DNA from: a bacterium
GTDB lineage: Bacteria > Patescibacteriota > Patescibacteriia > Patescibacteriales > UBA12465
Length of the DNA stretch: 64,000 nt
NCBI GenBank assembly: GCA_021806615.1
Contig: JAJZRB010000001.1
Location: 143,201 to 207,200, forward strand
Reading direction: 5' to 3'
The translations under genes were made by a program, and so were the position numbers. This document shows positions 45,202 through 54,814 of this stretch, in pieces; the stretch's first letter is position 1, and the number at the start of each line of letters is the position of its first letter. The notes below the pieces were generated by a model. It was given only the letters and a program-made list of their open reading frames with translations, was not told where the DNA came from and ran no database searches.

Positions 45202-45578
45202 CTTTGGGCAAATATCTAGGAGTAATGTTGGCGTTAACCATCATCTGTTGGGGGATCTTCTTCTTTGTCGCCAATATAGTAGATCCGACCGCCACTAATT
45301 GGCTGGGTTTCGTTCTTTTTTATTTAGCGCTTTTTATTTCTTTGAGCGGCACGGCCGCGCTGGCCGGTTTCGTCTTTCGTTTCGTCGCCCTGAAGAAAGA
45401 GCTCGCCTTTAATCTGGTTAGGCTCGCTTTTCGTCAATCATTCCTTTTCTCGCTATTCGTGGTGATCTTATTAATTCTAAAATCTCAGAGCTTATTCAAT
45501 TGGCTTAATCTGTCTTTGTTGGTCATTATTTTTACAATTTGGGAACTGTTTTCTATTAGTTACCAAAAGAATCGTTAA
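45198..45578 (+). CDS. membrane protein (hypothetical)
   Basis: 126 aa with 4 TM helices. Its start overlaps the valS stop (ATGA). Confidence 0.55.
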   Translation: MTLGKYLGVMLALTIICWGIFFFVANIVDPTATNWLGFVLFYLALFISLSGTAALAGFVFRFVALKKELAFNLVRLAFRQSFLFSLFVVILLILKSQSLFNWLNLSLLVIIFTIWELFSISYQKNR

Positions 45579-45589
45579 ATATAAAGTAT

Positions 45590-46618
45590 ATGAAAGAAAA
45601 ATTAAATAAGTTGAGGGATGAATTTTTGGAACAGCTGGCGCAAGCTAAGGATAGCGACTATCTGCATGAATTGGAATTAAAATACCTGTCCCGTAAGGGA
45701 GAATTAAGCCAGATCATGCGTAGCTTGAAAGATTTGAGCCTTGATTTACGCCAAGAGATAGGTGAATTAGCCAATAATGTAAAACTGGAACTGCAGAGCA
45801 AATTTGCTGAAATGAGCCAGACTATAAATAATTATTCCAATAAATCCGGTAAGATAGATATTACTTTGCCGGGCGGGAGGATCCCCCAGGGGCATCTTAA
45901 TCCCATTACTTTGGTCCAGCAGGAAATGGAAGATATTTTTATCTCTTTAGGCTTCAAGATTTTAGATGGTCCGGAGCTGGAAAGCGATTACTATAATTTT
46001 ACCGCGCTTAATATCCCGCCTACTCATCCGGCGCGCGATATGCAAGATACTTTTTATGTCGATCTTAAAAATAAGGACGGCCAGTATGATCTCTTAATGC
46101 GGACCCAGACTTCGCCTGTTCAGATCAGGGCGATGCAGAAATATGGCGCGCCGCTTAGAGCGCTCATCCCGGGACGCTGTTTTCGCAGTGAGGCGACGGA
46201 CGCCAGGCATGAGCATACTTTTTACCAGGTGGAAGGGTTATTGATTGATAAAAATATCAATTTCTCTAATCTCAAAAGCTTATTAGAGATAGTCGGCCAG
46301 AAATTGTTCGGTCAGAACACTAAATTACGCATGCGTCCGAAGTTCTTTCCTTTCGTTGAACCCGGCAACAACGGTGAATATACCTGTTTCTTATGCCAGG
46401 GCCAAGGTTGCCGTGTTTGTAAATATACCGGCTGGTTAGAGATAGTGGGCGCCGGCTTAGTCCATCCAGCAGTGCTGAAGGCTGGCGGCCTAAACCCCGA
46501 TATTTATTCCGGGCTAGCCTTTGGCTTCGGCTTAAACCGTCTTGCGATGCTTAAATATAATATCAATGATGTCCGTCTGTTTAATAATGGCGACCTTAAA
46601 TTTTTAGAACAATTCTAA
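45590..46618 (+). CDS. pheS: phenylalanyl-tRNA synthetase alpha subunit
   Basis: 342 aa with class II motifs including ..HPARDMQDTFY.. and ..GFGLNRLAML... Confidence 0.96.
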   Translation: MKEKLNKLRDEFLEQLAQAKDSDYLHELELKYLSRKGELSQIMRSLKDLSLDLRQEIGELANNVKLELQSKFAEMSQTINNYSNKSGKIDITLPGGRIPQGHLNPITLVQQEMEDIFISLGFKILDGPELESDYYNFTALNIPPTHPARDMQDTFYVDLKNKDGQYDLLMRTQTSPVQIRAMQKYGAPLRALIPGRCFRSEATDARHEHTFYQVEGLLIDKNINFSNLKSLLEIVGQKLFGQNTKLRMRPKFFPFVEPGNNGEYTCFLCQGQGCRVCKYTGWLEIVGAGLVHPAVLKAGGLNPDIYSGLAFGFGLNRLAMLKYNINDVRLFNNGDLKFLEQF

Positions 46619-46627
46619 AAGATTTAT

Positions 46628-49063
46628 ATGTATATTTCTTATAATTGGTTAAAAGACTTCGTCAAAATACCGGCTAAGATCAAACCGGGAGAGGTCGCTT
46701 CTGAATTGACAAAGCATACCGTGGAGGTCGAAGGAGTGACAGGCCAGGCTGAACAATATGATAAGATCGTGGTCGGCAAAGTCTTGGAAGTACATAAGCA
46801 TCCTAATGCCGATCGTCTGCGCCTGACTGTGGTTGATGTAAAAAATCAAAGATTAAACATCGTTTGCGGCGCGCCGAATGTCGCGGCTGGCCAATTGGTG
46901 CCGGTTGCCCTAGTCGGAGCGCAGCTGCCTAATGGCGCCAGTATCCAAGAATCGATTATCCGTGGCGAAAAATCAAGCGGCATGATTTGTGCTGAAGACG
47001 AATTAGGTTTAGGGAAGGATCATGAAGGTATTTTAGTTTTAAAAAATAGTGCTAAGATTGGCGAAAAATTTGCTCAATATTTAAAAGCTAACGATGTAGT
47101 TTTTGAAGTAGATAATAAATCCTTATCCAACCGCCCTGATTTATTGAACCATTATGGCCTGGCGCGCGAATTAGCGGCTATATTTAATTTGTCGCTTAAG
47201 CCATATGATAAATTCTTTAAGCGGACCTGGAAATTCTTAGGAGCCAAAGAAAATAGACTGTCAGTTAAAGTTGAAGATCCGGCTCTTTGTCCGCGTTATT
47301 CGGCGGTGCGGGTAGATAATGTTACTGTTAAGGAATCGCCGGAATGGCTTAAAGAGCGCTTGATTGCTATTGGCCAGCGCCCGATCAATAATATTGTTGA
47401 TTTAACCAATTACGTCATGTTTGATTGCGGCCAGCCGCTTCACGCCTTTGACGCTGCAAAAGTCCAGAAAATCGTAGTCCGGCGAGCCGCCAAGAATGAC
47501 AGCTTAGAAACGTTAGACGAAAAAGAGAGAATTTTAGATAATGATGATTTATTGATTACTGACGGTCGCAAGGCTTTGGCCATAGCCGGTATCATGGGAG
47601 GGAGAGATGGCGGCGTAAGCTCAGAGACAAAGTCATTGATTTTAGAATCAGCAAATTTTGCAGCTTCAGGCATTCGTCGGACATCTCAGAAGTTAGGCTT
47701 GCGAACCGAAGCGTCGCTACGTTTTGAAAAATCCCTAGATCCTAACTTGACCGAAGTCGCTCTCCTGCGCTTTTTGACGCTGCTTGAAGAAATCGATACG
47801 GAGATTACAATCGGCAGCTCCCTATTAGACGTCAGCGCCGGCGCTTCGTCTGAACTTGCAATCGATTTAGATCTTAATTGGCTCAGTAGTAAGATTGGGC
47901 AGGAAATTCCCAAGGAAACCGTTATTAACAGTCTGAAGAAATTGGGTTTTATTATTGAAAATGGTGGCAAGAAAGAGGTAAATTTAAGGGTTATCGTTCC
48001 TTCTTGGCGCGCCACCAAGGATATTGCCAATAAGGAGGACCTAGCCGAGGAAGTCCTGCGTCTCTATGGTTATGACAACATCGTTTCGCGTTTGCCGGTT
48101 TTAGCGATGACCCCCCCAGAAATCAATGAAGAAAAACGGTTAGAGAGGCGGATTAAAAATATCCTGGCCCTTAAATATAATTTTAATGAGGCCTATAATT
48201 ATTCCTTTGTCGGGGAAGAACAATTAAAAAAATTGAATATTGATTTTTTCCAGCATCTGAAATTAGTTAACCCGTTAGCAGAGACCCAATCATTGCTTCG
48301 CCAATCCCTTATCCCCGGTCTTGCTAATAACGTCAAGGCTAATCAATTTAAAAGCGATGATTTTGGTTTTTTTGAAATTGGCAGCGTTTTCTTCAATGCC
48401 CCCGGGAATTTTAAAAAGGATGCTACCGGAGACGATTTTTTGCCTTATCAAGAGAAGCGTCTCGGTTTAGTCTTGGCTGGCGGCGGAGACCTATTTGATC
48501 GTTTAAAAGGGATTATCGGCAGCTTATGCCGGAATTTAATGACTTACGAGACGGAAGTTGAATTTTCCGCCCTGGATAACGCTCCCGGTTGGTCTGATAG
48601 GCAGGCTGTGGCCAAGATTATTGTTTTAGGGCAGGAGTTGGGCCTGATAGCTAAGATGAACCCCGAGGTCAGTGAAAATTTAAATCTTAAGAAAGACGTG
48701 GCTTTAGCGGAAATGAATTTTGATTTGCTGATTAAGATGTTATTGAATTTGCCTTCTTTCCGTTTCCAAGAAGCGCCTAAATATCCGCCGGTCATTAGGG
48801 ACCTAGCTTTTGTCGTCGGTGAAAAAATACTGTATAATGATTTAAGGCAAGCCATATATCATTTTAATCCTTTGATTAGGTCAGTCGAGCTGTTTGATGT
48901 CTATGTCGGCAGCAAATTGCTGATCGGCGAGAAAAGCCTGGCTTTTCATATTTTTTATCAGTCCGCGGATAGGACACTGGTAGCTTCGGAGGTAGATAAG
49001 ATCCAGAAAGAACTGATTGATTACCTGAATAAAAAATTCGAAGTACGCCTAAGAGACTTTTAA
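46628..49063 (+). CDS. pheT: phenylalanyl-tRNA synthetase beta subunit
   Basis: 811 aa with an N-terminal tRNA-binding (EMAP-like) domain, then B3/4 and B5 blocks. Confidence 0.95.
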   Translation: MYISYNWLKDFVKIPAKIKPGEVASELTKHTVEVEGVTGQAEQYDKIVVGKVLEVHKHPNADRLRLTVVDVKNQRLNIVCGAPNVAAGQLVPVALVGAQLPNGASIQESIIRGEKSSGMICAEDELGLGKDHEGILVLKNSAKIGEKFAQYLKANDVVFEVDNKSLSNRPDLLNHYGLARELAAIFNLSLKPYDKFFKRTWKFLGAKENRLSVKVEDPALCPRYSAVRVDNVTVKESPEWLKERLIAIGQRPINNIVDLTNYVMFDCGQPLHAFDAAKVQKIVVRRAAKNDSLETLDEKERILDNDDLLITDGRKALAIAGIMGGRDGGVSSETKSLILESANFAASGIRRTSQKLGLRTEASLRFEKSLDPNLTEVALLRFLTLLEEIDTEITIGSSLLDVSAGASSELAIDLDLNWLSSKIGQEIPKETVINSLKKLGFIIENGGKKEVNLRVIVPSWRATKDIANKEDLAEEVLRLYGYDNIVSRLPVLAMTPPEINEEKRLERRIKNILALKYNFNEAYNYSFVGEEQLKKLNIDFFQHLKLVNPLAETQSLLRQSLIPGLANNVKANQFKSDDFGFFEIGSVFFNAPGNFKKDATGDDFLPYQEKRLGLVLAGGGDLFDRLKGIIGSLCRNLMTYETEVEFSALDNAPGWSDRQAVAKIIVLGQELGLIAKMNPEVSENLNLKKDVALAEMNFDLLIKMLLNLPSFRFQEAPKYPPVIRDLAFVVGEKILYNDLRQAIYHFNPLIRSVELFDVYVGSKLLIGEKSLAFHIFYQSADRTLVASEVDKIQKELIDYLNKKFEVRLRDF

Positions 49064-49080
49064 GTTTAATTGGAAAATAT

Positions 49081-49374
49081 ATGTTTTATACATCATCTGA
49101 TATTTTGCATCTAGTTTTGGCTGTTTGTGCCGCCGCCTTGACCCTGTTTATATGTTGGGCGATTTATTATTTTATCGTTAGCGCCCAGACGATCTATCGC
49201 TTAGTGAAGAGAGTAGAGGATGGCGTAGCCAGGGCCGAGGAGATAATGGACATCGTCAGGGAGAAACTAAAGAATAGCAGCGCTTATTTTATGATTCTTG
49301 GTGAAATAGCTAAAAAAGCTATGGAATTTGTTCAAGAAAAGAAAAACAAGAGAAACATCAGACAGAAGAAATAG
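49081..49374 (+). CDS. small membrane protein (hypothetical)
   Basis: 97 aa with one N-terminal TM helix and a charged tail. Confidence 0.45.
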   Translation: MFYTSSDILHLVLAVCAAALTLFICWAIYYFIVSAQTIYRLVKRVEDGVARAEEIMDIVREKLKNSSAYFMILGEIAKKAMEFVQEKKNKRNIRQKK

Positions 49375-49391
49375 CCGTTTAGTCGATAATT

Positions 49392-49419
49392 AAAAAGAGC
49401 CCGGAAACGGGCTCTTTTT
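49392..49419. terminator. bidirectional hairpin terminator
   Basis: AAAAAGAGCCCG-GAAA-CGGGCTCTTTTT. Confidence 0.8.
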
Positions 49420-49428
49420 AATATCGTT

Positions 49429-51657
49429 TTATTTTTTATAGCCGCAGCCTTTGTTGCTACATTTTATTTCTCCATTTTTATCGGTGATAAGTAGCGCCTC
49501 GCAGTCTGGACATTTTTCCCCTGTCGGCTGGCCCCAATAAGCGTTCTTGCATTTTGGATAATTACTGCAAGCCCAGAAAGCGCCTCGTCGGCTGAATTTT
49601 TTGATAATTTTACCATCTCCGCAAATCGGACACGGCACTTCTTTCCCGTCTCCAATCTGGGCGATATTCTTTATATTCTTACACTTCGGATAAGCAGAAC
49701 AGGCTAGGAAAGGGCCGTATTTTCCGGTGCGCACCTTCATTGGAGAGCCGCATTTCTCGCAAGTTTCTCCAGCATATTTTTTTTCTAACTCCAGGGTTTT
49801 CTCATCCGGTTCCTTTTTAGCATAGGCGCCGTTTTCACCTGGCAGCTTTTTTATATTTCGGCACTCCGGGAAAGCGCTGCAAGCTAAGAATTTTCCATAA
49901 CGCCCGGTCTTAATGATCATTGGCGCGCCGCATTTATCACAGATTTCGCTTGATGTTTCTTCTGGCATAATATCTTTTTTATTAATTTCTTCGTACTTAT
50001 TTTGTAGATTGCTATGGAAATCCTGATAAAACTCATTAATGACCGGCGGCCAAGCCTGATCTCCGCGCGCTATAGAATCTAGATCATTCTCCATTTTAGC
50101 CGTGAATTTATAGTCGACGATTTTCGGAAAATGCTTAGTCAATAGATCTACCACGACAAAAGCGATATCCGTCGGTTTTAATTTTTTATTTTCATCACGC
50201 TCCACATAATTGCGGATAATGATAGTGTTAATAGTCGGCGCATATGTTGACGGACGGCCGATGCCATGTTTTTCCAGTTCTTTTACTAGACTGGCGTCTG
50301 AATAGCGAGCTGGCGGATTAGTCTCATGTTTGTCAGAGCGTAAAGCTAAAAGATTAATGGCTTGATTTTCTTTTAAGGCTGGCAATTCTTGTTCTTTAGT
50401 TTTTTCCGGCCAAACTTTTAGATAGCCGGGGAAAACGATAGTTTGTCCTGTGGCGCGAAAAATGTAAATTTCTTTCCCGTCTAAAGCCTGGGTATCCACC
50501 GTCGTCGCCGCCAGTTTGGCTCCCGGCATCTGGCTCGCTACCGCCCTCTGCCAGATTAGGCGGTATAAGCGTTCCTGATTCTTATCTATTTTTCCGGCGA
50601 GCATTTCCGGCGTAACCTGTGCCTCGGTAGGCCTAATAGCCTCGTGAGCTTCTTGGGCGTTTTTGCTCTTAGTTTTGAATGCCCGTCCACCAGTTAAAGC
50701 ATATTCAGAACCCATAGTCTTCTTTAACCAATCATGCGCTTCCGCCATAAATTTCGGCGACAAATTGAGAGAATCGGTACGCATGTAGGTGATATGCCCT
50801 TCTTCGTATAATTTCTGGGCGACGACCATGGTTTGCTTGGCGCTGAAGCCTAGGTGGCGATTGGCTGATTGCTGCAAGGTCGATGTCGTAAATGGCGCAG
50901 ATGGATTTTTATTTATTTGTTTTTTATCGATTTTATTTATAGTATAGACAGCATCAGCTAATATTTTTTTTAATTCATCCGCTTCCGGCTTTTTTATGGT
51001 TAGCTTATTAAAAGTTTTATTACGGATTTTATACAGATCGGCGGTAAATTTTTCTTCACTTTTATTTCCAGACAGATCAGCGGAGATGCTCCAGTATTCT
51101 TCACGGATAAAAGCCTTTATTTCTTGTTCGCGTTCTACGATCAAGCGTGTGGCCACGCTTTGCACCCGTCCGGCTGACAAGCCTTTCGCCACCTTTTTCC
51201 ATAAGAAAGGAGATAATTCATAACCAACCAGACGATCTAAAATCCGGCGCGCCTGTTGGGCGTCGACTAGATTCGGATTTATCTGGCGTGGTTTTTGCAG
51301 AGCTTGCAGTATGGCGTCTTTGGTAATTTCGTGGAAAACTATTCTTTTTGTTTTCTGTTCGTCCAAGCCCAGAGCTTTAACCAGGTGCCAGGCTATAGCC
51401 TCCCCTTCTCTGTCTTCATCAGAAGCTAGAATAACCTCGGCTGACTTTTTAGCCGCCGATTTCAGGGCGCTGACCGTTTTTTTCGCTTTGGTCGGTATAA
51501 TATATCTAGGTTGGAAGCCGTTGGGGATATCTATGCCCATCTCGCTTTTTGGCAAATCGCGAATGTGGCCGAAAGAAGATTCCACTAAATATTTTTTATC
51601 TAGGAATTTACTGATTGTCTTAGCTTTAGTCGGCGACTCGACGATGATGAGATCCAT
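49429..51657 (-). CDS. topA: DNA topoisomerase I
   Basis: 742 aa with the Toprim N-terminus MDLIIVESPTKAKTI and four C-terminal Cys4 zinc ribbons. Confidence 0.96.
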   Translation of the reverse strand: MDLIIVESPTKAKTISKFLDKKYLVESSFGHIRDLPKSEMGIDIPNGFQPRYIIPTKAKKTVSALKSAAKKSAEVILASDEDREGEAIAWHLVKALGLDEQKTKRIVFHEITKDAILQALQKPRQINPNLVDAQQARRILDRLVGYELSPFLWKKVAKGLSAGRVQSVATRLIVEREQEIKAFIREEYWSISADLSGNKSEEKFTADLYKIRNKTFNKLTIKKPEADELKKILADAVYTINKIDKKQINKNPSAPFTTSTLQQSANRHLGFSAKQTMVVAQKLYEEGHITYMRTDSLNLSPKFMAEAHDWLKKTMGSEYALTGGRAFKTKSKNAQEAHEAIRPTEAQVTPEMLAGKIDKNQERLYRLIWQRAVASQMPGAKLAATTVDTQALDGKEIYIFRATGQTIVFPGYLKVWPEKTKEQELPALKENQAINLLALRSDKHETNPPARYSDASLVKELEKHGIGRPSTYAPTINTIIIRNYVERDENKKLKPTDIAFVVVDLLTKHFPKIVDYKFTAKMENDLDSIARGDQAWPPVINEFYQDFHSNLQNKYEEINKKDIMPEETSSEICDKCGAPMIIKTGRYGKFLACSAFPECRNIKKLPGENGAYAKKEPDEKTLELEKKYAGETCEKCGSPMKVRTGKYGPFLACSAYPKCKNIKNIAQIGDGKEVPCPICGDGKIIKKFSRRGAFWACSNYPKCKNAYWGQPTGEKCPDCEALLITDKNGEIKCSNKGCGYKK

Positions 51658-51670
51658 AGGCGTAAATAAT

Positions 51671-52810
51671 TTAATTTAAAGCATAGCCGGATCCAGTATT
51701 TTTAGCAAGTCCGGAGATTTCCAATATACTTAGTGTACTATTTATGGTTGCCGTGTCAAGTTCGGTTTTTTTGATTATTTCATCGGCCGTAATTACTTCA
51801 GCTCTGGCGGTGGCCCGTTTAATGAGATCGTAGACTATGGCCTCGACTTTATTATTCGGCCGGTGATTATTATTTTCCCCGGCTCTTATTGTCTTTTTTT
51901 TAAGTCCAATCTGAAAATTTTCCAGGATATCTTCAGCGCCGGTAACGACTCGCGCCCCGGCTTTTATAAGCTGGTTAGGACCGGTCGAGAGATCGGAAAA
52001 GATGTTTCCCGGTATAGCTAATACATCTCGATTCTGCTCTAACGCATAGTTGGCGGTAATCAGGGCGCCGGATTTGCCACGAGCCTCAACGACTAACGTA
52101 CAAGATGAAAGTCCGGATATAATCCGGTTGCGTTGCGGAAAATTTTGTTTATAGGGAGGCATATCGGGTGGGAATTCTGATATTATGGCCCCGCCTGAGG
52201 ATATTATGTCGGCTGCTAAGCGGCGATTAGCGCGAGGATAAAGGCAGTTATCGTTTAAACCAGATCCTAGGACTGCCAGTGTCCTACCCTGCGCTTTGAG
52301 AGCGGCGCAGTGAGCCAGGGTGTCGACGCCTAAAGCCAATCCGCTGACTATTTCAATACCTGCTGTTGCTACGATTGACAGCAATGTGGCGCTGATTTTT
52401 TCGGCATAAGCGGTTGGCCGGCGGGAGCCTACGACAGACAGGCGTTTCCGATCATGAGGGTCAGCCAGATTTCCTCTATAATACAAAATTGGCGGAGGAA
52501 CGCTTATTTCTTTAAGCATCTCGGGATAATCTGTTTCGCTCCAGGTGCAATAATTTATTTGTTTTTTTTCCAGGATATCCGGTATCCCATTAAGATTGAA
52601 AGTCTTACGCCAGACAACAAATTCTTCGCTGATCTTAGGGTTTAGCCCAGCCTCTATTAATCCTTGGCTATCAGCGCGCCAAGCATCGGCTAGGCTGGGA
52701 AAGAGTTCCTCTATCCTTTTTAGTCTCATCGGGCCTATTTTTTGGAAATGGTTAAAACCGAGATGATATAATCTATTTTCATAAAAGCCTCGGTTACTGT
52801 ATTTCAACAT
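51671..52810 (-). CDS. dprA: DNA processing protein DprA
   Basis: 379 aa with ..VVGSRRPTAYAEK.. and ..GLALGVDTLAH... Confidence 0.9.
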   Translation of the reverse strand: MLKYSNRGFYENRLYHLGFNHFQKIGPMRLKRIEELFPSLADAWRADSQGLIEAGLNPKISEEFVVWRKTFNLNGIPDILEKKQINYCTWSETDYPEMLKEISVPPPILYYRGNLADPHDRKRLSVVGSRRPTAYAEKISATLLSIVATAGIEIVSGLALGVDTLAHCAALKAQGRTLAVLGSGLNDNCLYPRANRRLAADIISSGGAIISEFPPDMPPYKQNFPQRNRIISGLSSCTLVVEARGKSGALITANYALEQNRDVLAIPGNIFSDLSTGPNQLIKAGARVVTGAEDILENFQIGLKKKTIRAGENNNHRPNNKVEAIVYDLIKRATARAEVITADEIIKKTELDTATINSTLSILEISGLAKNTGSGYALN

Positions 52811-52847
52811 ATTTTGGCAGTTTAAAAATAAAATCCTCCTAAATTTT

Positions 52848-53420
52848 TTAGGAGGATTTTATGTCTGTTAAGTATTTATTTTTTAATTCGGAGAATATCT
52901 GTGGCAAACGATTCTTTTCTTCTTGATTGAACGCGGTCAGTACAAACTTATCTGGCGGGAGATGATTTTTTAATAATCCATTTTTTATGCCTATGCGCCA
53001 GCGAGTGAATTTCTGCGTCTTTAAGTAATTGATGATAGATTTTACTCCATTGTGACCGGCGCTGCCTGAATCAGTAGCGACTTTATAAACGCCGAAATCG
53101 AGATCTAAATCGTCGTGGATAACTGTCAGAATGCCATTCAGATCAGCATCTTTCCGCTTGATCAAGCCGAAATTCTTAGGCAATAATTTATAGAAATTCA
53201 AGATTTTTTGTACGGCCATCCCGGAATTATTCATGAAAGTCAGGGGTTTGACGAAAATTACATTTCCGCTCTCGTAGATAAATGAATTGAATTTCTTATC
53301 CAGCCGCCAAGGCACATCGCCCAAAAAATTATCTATAGCCAGCCAAGCGACGTTGTGACGAGTATTCTTATATTGTTCCCCGGGGTTTCCCAGGCCGACG
53401 ACTATTCTCATACTATTCAT
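52848..53420 (-). CDS. pth: peptidyl-tRNA hydrolase
   Basis: 190 aa with ..IVVGLGNPG..Y..TRHN... The start may be Met4. Confidence 0.93.
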   Translation of the reverse strand: MNSMRIVVGLGNPGEQYKNTRHNVAWLAIDNFLGDVPWRLDKKFNSFIYESGNVIFVKPLTFMNNSGMAVQKILNFYKLLPKNFGLIKRKDADLNGILTVIHDDLDLDFGVYKVATDSGSAGHNGVKSIINYLKTQKFTRWRIGIKNGLLKNHLPPDKFVLTAFNQEEKNRLPQIFSELKNKYLTDIKSS

Positions 53421-54813
53421 TATAAGTGGTATGCGATTTTTTGTCTTTAGTCACGCGGATATGAAGTGGCGTGCCAGTGAAACCATGTCTTTCCCTCAGG
53501 CGGTTTTCCATAAAGCGGACATAAGAAAAATGTAGATTATCATTAGGGCCGATACGTAAGGCGAAGGATGGCGGATTGTTCTTAACCTGGCGGAATTCAT
53601 ATAGATGCGGAGCGCGCAGCCCCTTGCCTTTAGCCGGTTTATGGATTTTAACGACGGCTTTCATAAATTTTTCACATTGCGAATCGCTGAGCATCAATTT
53701 CCTTTGTTCGCTTATCTCTAATATTAAATCTAAAATTTTGTTTACTTTTTCTCCGGTTTTGGCCGAAATAAACTGAATAGGCGCCCAAGTCGCAAATGGC
53801 AGTCGGTCATAAATTTCCTGGGTCATTTTTTTAGTATCGCGATTGCTGAGCTTGTCCCATTTATTGGCGATAAAAATAAGGCTCTTGCCACGTTCTACTA
53901 TTTCTTGAACCAGCTTAGCGTCTTGGTGGGCGATGGGTTCGCTAATGTCTATGACCAATAAAGCGATGTCAGCCCTATCTAGAGAGCTCAGGCTTTTTAA
54001 TATCCCGTATTTCTCCAAATTATCAGTTTTTTTGCCTTGTTTAGAGATGCCGGCCGTATCTATAAGGCTGATATTATATTCATGATAATTAATTTCCGTG
54101 TTTTGCGGTTCGCGCGTAGTGTGCGGCAGGGGGCTCACGATGACTCGCTCATATCCTAAAATTGCGTTTAAAAGAGAAGATTTTCCGACATTTGGCTTGC
54201 CGATGATACAGGCTTTTATCGGCGTAGCGTTTATTTTTTCAATTATTTTTTTATTTTTTTTATTGCGATCTATCCTGTCTATGATAATATCCAATAAATC
54301 TCCCGTTCCTGTGCCGGTAGCGGCGGAGACAGTGAAGGGCTCTCCTATCCCCAGCTTATTGAATTGAGCCGCTTCAGAGACAAACCTTCCGCTGTCTACT
54401 TTATTGGCGATAAGTAATATTTTGTTTAGGTAATTTGCATTCTTTTTAAGGCCGGCCGCTAATTCCCTGTCTTCCGGCAGTAGTCCCGCTTTCGCGTCCA
54501 CCAGAAATAATATTAAATCCGCCTGGTTTAAATAGGAAAAAGCCTGCTTTTGCGTTTGACTATCGATGTCATCAGCATTAGTCTTCTTTCCGTTTAGGAT
54601 CCGTGCGTCAATTAGGCCGGCGGTATCTATGAGGTTAAAAGCGCTGTTGGCCCATTCTACTGTGCTCAGATTGCTGTCCCTGGTGGTTCCGGCGATATCT
54701 GAAACTAAAGCCTGTTTTTTTTCAGTCAGGCAATTGAATAATGTTGATTTCCCTACATTAGTTCGTCCGCAGATGACTATTAGGGGCAGATTTTTTTTAG
54801 TTTTAACGGCCAT
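53413..54813 (-). CDS. der: ribosome-associated GTPase Der (EngA)
   Basis: Two G domains (GRTNVGKSTLFN, GKPNVGKSSLLN) plus a KH-like C-terminus. The track ORF was trimmed to Met28 (ATG at 54813), just after the stop of the upstream gene. Confidence 0.92.
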   Translation of the reverse strand: MAVKTKKNLPLIVICGRTNVGKSTLFNCLTEKKQALVSDIAGTTRDSNLSTVEWANSAFNLIDTAGLIDARILNGKKTNADDIDSQTQKQAFSYLNQADLILFLVDAKAGLLPEDRELAAGLKKNANYLNKILLIANKVDSGRFVSEAAQFNKLGIGEPFTVSAATGTGTGDLLDIIIDRIDRNKKNKKIIEKINATPIKACIIGKPNVGKSSLLNAILGYERVIVSPLPHTTREPQNTEINYHEYNISLIDTAGISKQGKKTDNLEKYGILKSLSSLDRADIALLVIDISEPIAHQDAKLVQEIVERGKSLIFIANKWDKLSNRDTKKMTQEIYDRLPFATWAPIQFISAKTGEKVNKILDLILEISEQRKLMLSDSQCEKFMKAVVKIHKPAKGKGLRAPHLYEFRQVKNNPPSFALRIGPNDNLHFSYVRFMENRLRERHGFTGTPLHIRVTKDKKSHTTYNE

Positions 54814-54814
54814 A